IMG/VR virus record: IMGVR_UViG_3300025000_000077
Location: 1 to 64,000 of that record
Strand: one strand, 5' to 3'
From: a virus
Length of the DNA: 64,000 nt
Within the stretch, counting starts at the first letter, position 1, and every line of letters begins with the position of its first letter. The position numbers were made by a program, and so were the translations under genes. Below, one piece after another: positions 57,730 through 64,000 of this stretch. Under the pieces are notes generated by a model that had not been told where the DNA came from, ran no database searches, and was given only the letters and a program-made list of their open reading frames with translations.

Positions 57730-57757
57730 TCCTCGTAAAAAGAACGGAGCTAAAACA

Positions 57758-57955
57758 ATGTCCATAGAATCAATAACCAAATTTAGAAACTTACTCCAAG
57801 ACGGCATCGACTTTAGAGAGAAAATACTCTTTCCAAAAAACCCAATAATGGAAATCTCACAGAGTATCAACGACCAGGAAGTTACGCGAAGAGAACAGGC
57901 CCTCCTAAAGTGTATCCTCGCGCAGTTTGATAAAACATTCACGGTGGAAGAATGA
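57758..57955 (+). CDS. Small hypothetical protein
   Basis: Motif 7 nt upstream. Confidence 0.6.
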   Translation: MSIESITKFRNLLQDGIDFREKILFPKNPIMEISQSINDQEVTRREQALLKCILAQFDKTFTVEE

Positions 57956-58563
57956 CATCTAAATTCTGCCCATGCTGCAAGAAAACACTCGATCTCAATC
58001 TCTTCGGGGTCCGCAACGAAAAGCCCTCACCCTATTGTCTATCATGCACCCGGATAAAAACAAAAGCCAGATACCACCGAGACTTCAAAAAAATAGCAGC
58101 CCGGAAACATGCTAAATACGTCCTTAATCACCCCATAAAAAAAACACACGTGTATATACCTCTCAAAATGCATCCACCACTCGGCACAGTCCTTAAGAGA
58201 TGCGAAAAATGCCATACCACATTGTATGTATGTCCAGAATCTAAAAATGAAACCTGCGGGAAATGCGGGGCATCCTATGATGTCAAAAAAACATTAAGCG
58301 ATACTAGGAGAACGAGGGGCGGGTTTAAATTGGTTCCATCTGAGCCCGTGAGAGCTCTTTATATTCCCGAGGTCTTGACTTACATCCAGGCGAAGGGAGA
58401 AACCTACATTACTCAGATATCGAACCATTTCGGACGGCCACGGTCCACGGTGAGAAATTATATTCGAGTGATGGAAACAGAAGGGTTAGTATCCATCGAA
58501 ATGAACGGAGGGTATGCTAATATTCGGTTGACCAGTAGGGGGGTTTCCGAGTTATCGGCTTGA
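57952..58563 (+). CDS. Zn-finger plus winged-helix transcription regulator (late activator candidate)
   Basis: CPCC..CLSC, CEKC..CGKC; YITQISNHFGRPRSTVRNYIRVMETEGLV. Confidence 0.7.
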   Translation: MTSKFCPCCKKTLDLNLFGVRNEKPSPYCLSCTRIKTKARYHRDFKKIAARKHAKYVLNHPIKKTHVYIPLKMHPPLGTVLKRCEKCHTTLYVCPESKNETCGKCGASYDVKKTLSDTRRTRGGFKLVPSEPVRALYIPEVLTYIQAKGETYITQISNHFGRPRSTVRNYIRVMETEGLVSIEMNGGYANIRLTSRGVSELSA

Positions 58564-58638
58564 TTTTTTTAGCAAAAAAATAAATACAGTTAACGCGTTT
58601 TATATATTAATTACTTTTTTTTTAAAACAGGTAATCAT

Positions 58639-59067
58639 ATGGCATACCAGAAAAAACCCCGGAAGATCCCTTCGAATTCTGTTAATTCCGGTATTTTCAA
58701 ATGGACCCCAAAACGTAAAAAAGCCGCAAAACTGTTATCAGACGGCACTAAAAATTATACAGAAGTTTGTGAAGAAGTCGGAATTAACGCCGATACTCTT
58801 TTAGAATGGCGTAAACATCGTGAATTTTGGCAAGAAGTAGATAAATGCACTTTTGAAAATGAACAGGTGACAACTGCCTCCATTATCAGAGTAGTTTTAA
58901 AATCACTTCGAATAAAAGAATGTTATGTTTCTGATGACCGCAGTACTCATTTAGACTATCTTAAGTTTCTCAAAGATATTTTACCAGAGGACACTAAAGA
59001 AGACGACGATAAATTAAAAGAACTCGCAGATGCTATCATGAACAGCGCAAAGATGATAGGTAAGTAA
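58639..59067 (+). CDS. Terminase small subunit (HTH)
   Basis: WTPKRKKAAKLL...EVCEEVGINADTLLEWRK; directly upstream of TerL. Confidence 0.75.
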   Translation: MAYQKKPRKIPSNSVNSGIFKWTPKRKKAAKLLSDGTKNYTEVCEEVGINADTLLEWRKHREFWQEVDKCTFENEQVTTASIIRVVLKSLRIKECYVSDDRSTHLDYLKFLKDILPEDTKEDDDKLKELADAIMNSAKMIGK

Positions 59068-59068
59068 C

Positions 59069-60343
59069 ATGGCATTCAAACCTGGAATCTTTTCTGAAAA
59101 ACAGATTGATGTGATGGCAAACTGTGACATGGGTATAAATTCTTTAGTAGGGTCCGTCAGATCTGGTAAAACAATCGCATCGCTCCTTGCGTTTTTAATT
59201 CGCATAATGGAATACCCCGAATGTAACATAATGCTGATAGGGAAATCAGATAAAACGTTATATAGGAACGTCCTGATGCCCCTAAAGGACATCGTAAGAC
59301 CATCTAATTTTAAGTACAATCGAATGACAGGTGAAGGCGTCCTCTATAAAAAATACAATTTTTACACGGCTGGGGCATATGATGAAAAATCCCTTGAAAA
59401 AATCCAGGGTATTACACTCGCGCTGGCATACGGTGATGAAGTCACCACATGGCCGGAATCGTTCTTCCAGATGTTGTTATCTCGGTTGTCAGAGAATAAC
59501 GCGAAGTTCATTGGAACCATGAATCCAGGGGGGCCCTACCACTGGTATAAAGTAAATTTCCTCGATAGACAGGATAGAATATCCTTACGAAATTGGAATT
59601 TTTTAATAGAAGAAAATAAGAACCTGTCTCCGGAATATGTTACAAAGTTGAAACAATATTATACAGGCGTTTTTTATAAAAGATACATATTGGGCATGTG
59701 GGTCCTCGCGGAAGGCGCAATTTATGACATGTTCTCGGAAGAAAAACACGTTGAAACAGTCAGGCAGGACGTTTGGGCCTCGTGTCTCTCCAAATATGTT
59801 TCAATAGACTACGGCACTAGCAACCCCTGTGTTTTTCAATTATGGGGCCACAACAACAATAAACGATACCTAAAAAAGGAATATTACTACGACTCAAAAG
59901 AACACGGCAGGCAGAAAACAGACGCAGAATACGCCTCCGATCTTGTTAATTTCATCGGAAATGAAATGATCCAAAGCGTGATAGTGGACCCGTCGGCAGC
60001 TTCCTTCAAGGTGGAACTCAATAATAGGGGACTATGTGTCGAAGATGCCGACAACGACGTCCTTGACGGAATTAGAGAAGTATCTACTGAGCTATCCCAG
60101 GATAAAATACAGATTGATCCATCCTGCGTGAACACCATAAAAGAATTCTCCGGGTATGTTTGGGATACAAAAGCAGGGGAACGGGGAGAAGACAAACCGT
60201 TAAAACAGTCCGACCACGGGATGGATAGCTTGAGATATTATATAAAGTCGGTTAAAATGTATAACTTCGGTATGGATTCTCGACAAGAGGAAGTAGGTTA
60301 TGGTTATTCCGAGTACACAGATGAAATCTATAACAACTATTGA
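59069..60343 (+). CDS. Terminase large subunit (PBSX family)
   Basis: GSVRSGKT, YGDEVT, GTMNP, SIDYGTSNP, VDPSAASF, DHGMDSLRY. Confidence 0.96.
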   Translation: MAFKPGIFSEKQIDVMANCDMGINSLVGSVRSGKTIASLLAFLIRIMEYPECNIMLIGKSDKTLYRNVLMPLKDIVRPSNFKYNRMTGEGVLYKKYNFYTAGAYDEKSLEKIQGITLALAYGDEVTTWPESFFQMLLSRLSENNAKFIGTMNPGGPYHWYKVNFLDRQDRISLRNWNFLIEENKNLSPEYVTKLKQYYTGVFYKRYILGMWVLAEGAIYDMFSEEKHVETVRQDVWASCLSKYVSIDYGTSNPCVFQLWGHNNNKRYLKKEYYYDSKEHGRQKTDAEYASDLVNFIGNEMIQSVIVDPSAASFKVELNNRGLCVEDADNDVLDGIREVSTELSQDKIQIDPSCVNTIKEFSGYVWDTKAGERGEDKPLKQSDHGMDSLRYYIKSVKMYNFGMDSRQEEVGYGYSEYTDEIYNNY

Positions 60344-60774
60344 AAACGTTTTTATCCGATGACATCAATATAATTCTAGAGTAGTCTCCCACATTTCTTA
60401 AAAAAACGAATATCCCCCCGGGGCAGTTTTTCAAGGACTGCCCTTCTTTTCTCTTTTATATTCTGATATCCATCAACTGTTTTATATTACTTAGTACCGG
60501 ATATTTCCACCCATACCCCATAATTTCAATATCCACGAGTTCATCGAACAGGTCACGGGACTGTTCAGGGGTGAGAGTTAATTTGTGGGAGGTCGAAAGG
60601 ACGAGTTTCATTGTTTATTCACCGCCGTTCAAATATTCAGCAATCGTTTTAATGGTCTTAGCCTGCACGTCCTGGGCTCGCGCGTAGTCCACAAATAATC
60701 CAGATAATTCTTTCATTTGTCCTTCGATGCCATTCAGTTCACGTTCTAATGTTTCAACTCTTTTGAGCAGCTCT

Positions 60775-61005
60775 CTATCGTTTCCGAACATTTTTTAATT
60801 CCCCCGATGCATTCTTTTTAACCTTTTCCACGATCAGCCCAGCCGGAACAGTATAAACAATTGTCCCATTTGAATTATCAATGAGTGCATATCCTGTCTT
60901 CGTTTCTTTGATATAATCGGCTTTTATTTCATCTATAAAAATTTTGGACCCAATGTTTATAATGTCAGTGTGTGTTGCAACAAGGGATACTTTGAATATT
61001 GACAT
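60775..61005 (-). CDS. Hypothetical protein
   Basis: ORF in minus-strand operon. Confidence 0.55.
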   Translation of the reverse strand: MSIFKVSLVATHTDIINIGSKIFIDEIKADYIKETKTGYALIDNSNGTIVYTVPAGLIVEKVKKNASGELKNVRKR

Positions 61006-61010
61006 TTTTT

Positions 61011-61232
61011 TTATTCCCCCTTCTTCCCAAGTTCTCTTAATACATCCCGCATAATCCCATTCATAACCTCTTTAGCCTCCTCGGAAACGTCAGGAACATA
61101 AAACGCAAATGCTACAGGGTGATCGTGAATATTTGATTTATCACCTATTTTTATAAGTTCTCCACCATGTTCTTTTACAATTTTACTGTCGTTGGTTACT
61201 TTTATAATATCCATGTTTTTATTCCTCCTCAT
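61011..61232 (-). CDS. Hypothetical protein
   Basis: GAGGAGG RBS before the internal MDIIKV. Confidence 0.55.
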   Translation of the reverse strand: MRRNKNMDIIKVTNDSKIVKEHGGELIKIGDKSNIHDHPVAFAFYVPDVSEEAKEVMNGIMRDVLRELGKKGE

Positions 61233-61545
61233 CTTCCTTATTCAACTGCTTCGATATTCATCACTACGCACATATACTGAAATGGGTTATCGTACCTGCA
61301 AGCCATTAATACTTCTTCTTCTTTCGGAACTTTCCCATTGACGCACTTATCAATTGCTTCGCAGATGTTACATGAACACATTGTTTAAGCCCTCATAATA
61401 GCCGACGAAACCGAATCAAGCTCAACTCTCTTCCCACATGACGGGCATTCTCGCGCCCAGGTGTCGGCAGTTACTTTTGTGTTTCCTTCTACTGTTATTA
61501 TTTGTCGTGTCCCGCATTTGCATGGGTAGTACATGTTGTATAGGC

Positions 61546-61788
61546 TCATTTTGATCCCTTCTTTCTTTTACATTCCGCAAGTTCCTTTTTTAATAACATA
61601 TTCTCTTTTTCAAGATCAGCGTTCCTCTTTTTTAAACATTCATTCTCTGACTTCTCGCTTTTTAATAAATCGTTTTCTGCTACAATGATCCGAATCATCC
61701 CGTCGTCTGTTGGATTTCCATATTCTTCCCCCCGTTTACGGAGGTCATTAACTGTATATTCATTTACTCTAATCTGTTTTAATGACAT
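61546..61788 (-). CDS. RHH-like regulator with coiled-coil tail
   Basis: KQIRVNEYTVNDLRK...TDDGMIRII; sits at a divergent promoter. Confidence 0.6.
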   Translation of the reverse strand: MSLKQIRVNEYTVNDLRKRGEEYGNPTDDGMIRIIVAENDLLKSEKSENECLKKRNADLEKENMLLKKELAECKRKKGSK

Positions 61789-61904
61789 AGCTACCTATAC
61801 ACATTCATTACATATAAATGTTACTATCTGTAACTAACGGCGTTACTGTTGGTAACAAACTATAAATATAACTTATGCGTATATAGGAGTAGGTTAGGGG
61901 CGTA

Positions 61905-62147
61905 ATGCCCTGCTACAGTAAGAAAGGAGTATTGAAAATGTGCAATCATGTTTTAGGTTTCGGAAATCCAGTTCAATTAGCCTGTAAACTATGCGGAGAA
62001 TTGGCTACAAAAAATTACAATTCTGGATTATACAGATGTCTAAATAAAGACTGTTCTAATTATAAATTTAGTGACGGGACGCGAATTAAAAACCAGTTGA
62101 ATAATTTTGAATGGAGAGATTATAAAGAAACCGAGGGTGTGGAATAA
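61905..62147 (+). CDS. Small zinc-ribbon protein
   Basis: CKLCG...YRCLNKDC; start probably 61938. Confidence 0.55.
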   Translation: MPCYSKKGVLKMCNHVLGFGNPVQLACKLCGELATKNYNSGLYRCLNKDCSNYKFSDGTRIKNQLNNFEWRDYKETEGVE

Positions 62148-62266
62148 AATGATCCAAGAAACACAAGAATTCAGCATCAAACTTGAACAGTTAAGCAGAC
62201 TTGCAAATAAAATAATCTACAACGAAACAACACCTGAAAACCTGAGAGAATTGGCGAAGCAGGCGG

Positions 62267-62515
62267 TTGTTATGGCGGAAATGTTGGAAATGGAGTGATT
62301 TAAAAATGACCTCACGAACAAAACAAGTAACATTCACACTAACCGAGAGACAAACTGAATTAGTATATATAGCACTACACAATGAAATTTGTGAATACCA
62401 AGACAACCCGGACAAGGCATGGCAGAATAAAAGCAAAGATCAAGATGATAGGAGAGCGGCATTAAAAATACTACATGAGGTATTGCCGAGAGGGTACCAT
62501 AAGACGGAGGATTAA
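62267..62515 (+). CDS. Hypothetical protein
   Basis: Start probably MTSRTKQ at about 62306. Confidence 0.5.
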   Translation: MLWRKCWKWSDLKMTSRTKQVTFTLTERQTELVYIALHNEICEYQDNPDKAWQNKSKDQDDRRAALKILHEVLPRGYHKTED

Positions 62516-62582
62516 AAGTGACTGAAATATACAGAAGAACTCGCAGATACAAATCAAGAAGCCTGTTCAGGATGTGGAACGC

Positions 62583-63856
62583 ATGAGTCATTATGGAAAC
62601 GATGCCATCTATCTGCTACTGTTTGCAATATTATTGCAGCTTCGTGGGATATTAGATAATACTGGATTCATGGGATTCTTAGTGTTTTCAGTATTTGCAA
62701 TAATACTATCTTTTTGGGAGAAATAAAAATGAATCCAATACGAAAACTAAAACAACTAATCGGCTCAACTTTTGGCTCATTATGGGTATGTATGATAGTT
62801 ATTGCGGGAGTTGTGTTTTTGATAGTTAAGCGGATGATGAGAAAATGATGTTTGAGTTACCTGAAATATACGGGCAGATGTGTGTTATTGCGTCCTTGTT
62901 ATGGTTTGTCGGGTTTATAATTACACTTTATTCATTTTATTGGATACGGAAAAATGAAAAGAATGGGGTGAGTAGAGGAAAATGACTGAAGAACAAATGA
63001 CATATAAAAACATCGATGGGAATATATTAAAATTTATATATTACATAATACTGCCTCCTGCTCTTGTATGTGCTTTGATCGTGATGAACAAAATATTAAC
63101 GTGGTTGTGTTTCTTGGTTATTGAGAGGATCTGATGAGAAAATGATAAGAATATGTCTACTCCTCATGATGATATTAGTTTCAATTATGATGCTTATGTC
63201 ATTAATCGCGGGCAATGGATACATGTTAGTTTCATTGGTTTTTGCAGGGTTTGTTTGTTTACTTTTTATGTTTTCAGGGAGAAGATAACAGGAGTTAAAA
63301 TCATGTTTAAATTTCAAAAGAGGGAATATTTGTATATCTCAATAGGCATCATTGCATCTATTATGGCTCTTATCCTAAGAAGTGCATACACACTTGATCC
63401 TCAGGACACTGGATTTGTAGCTTTTGTAATTACACTTGTTTCTTATAATTTGTTGGTTGGGAAGTTGGTTAGAAAATGACTGCTCATATAAACTTCAAAG
63501 AGAGACTAAGAAAACATGCTGAGTTTATATACTTCACTTATGTTTCATTCCTACTGATCTTGCTATTTCTCGTTATTCAGGGGTGCTTTTTAGGCATGGG
63601 TGACATCGTGGGATATATTGGGGTCGTGGGGTCTTTGGTTGTGGAGTATTATATATTAAGATATTTAATAAAAAATAGGAAACATGGAGGGTTGTAAATG
63701 ACTGAATTAGCATTTGAAAGTACGAACCTTATTGATTTTACCAATGTGTCTACAACTGCCCGTGTTTTGGGTAGTATGCCATTGACAACGATGGTGATCA
63801 TTTCTTTATGTATAGGAATAATATTAGGATGTGTAGTTTTCAAATTAATGAGATGA
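62583..63856 (+). other. Tandem array of eight small (39-73 aa) hydrophobic membrane-protein ORFs
   Basis: ORFs 62583-62726, 62729-62848, 62845-62985, 62982-63134, 63142-63288, 63303-63479, 63476-63697 and 63698-63856, each with 1-2 TM-like segments and tightly coupled. Confidence 0.65.
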
Positions 63857-64000
63857 GATTTAAAAGAAAAAAGAAGTGGAAAAACGGTTTAACTTAATTC
63901 CGCTTTTCGTTATATTAATATTTTTATAAAAATCAAAACGGTATTTTAAAAACGCATTTCCTTAAACTAAAAAGAAAGTTGAAATCATCTGATTTTTAAA

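Noticed and set aside
53888-60343. Inteins in MCM or TerL
   Set aside because: Lengths are normal and motifs contiguous; no intein terminal signatures seen.
1465-61005. Pyrrolysine (TAG) read-through
   Set aside because: TAG-ending ORFs (1465, 41569, 60775) are few, and no recognised domain is split by TAG; TAG scarcity only fits the inferred host.
1-64000. CRISPR mini-array, tRNA genes or att sites
   Set aside because: No regularly spaced repeat-spacer pattern or tRNA cloverleaf recognised by eye; tRNAscan-SE and CRISPR finders were not run.

Overview
This window is most of the genome of a tailed (siphovirus-like, Caudoviricetes) archaeal virus or provirus. The host is very probably in Methanosarcinaceae, judged from DUF1699, four beta-helix proteins (three with disaggregatase-related domains), and archaeal Cdc6/Orc1, MCM and ThyA. 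Modules present: accessory/early genes (1-6.8 kb, 40.4-53 kb, 56-58 kb, 60.5-64 kb); cdc6 with ORB-like repeats; a putative lysis cassette (7-9.3 kb); MuF, an HTH-containing MTase and portal on the minus strand, divergent from protease/scaffold, capsid, glycan-active fibres, neck, tail, tape measure and tail tip (13.9-40.4 kb); HNH and resolvase; RNA ligase; an ASCH/FTR-like/tmk/thyA cluster; ERCC4 nuclease; MCM; and TerS/TerL far from the portal. No integrase, tRNA, CRISPR array or reverse transcriptase was recognised. Two stand-out observations. (1) A GAACGGAGC(TA) motif sits at the translation start region of about 16 viral genes, and a predicted ~80-nt minus-strand sRNA (44129-44207) displays its exact complement in a hairpin loop, suggesting a multi-target antisense regulon. 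(2) A non-autonomous IS200/IS605 element (544-1458) has intact guide/cleavage motifs and a TnpB-type reRNA scaffold but carries a DNA methyltransferase instead of tnpA/tnpB. All family calls come from motif recognition by eye; no database searches were run.
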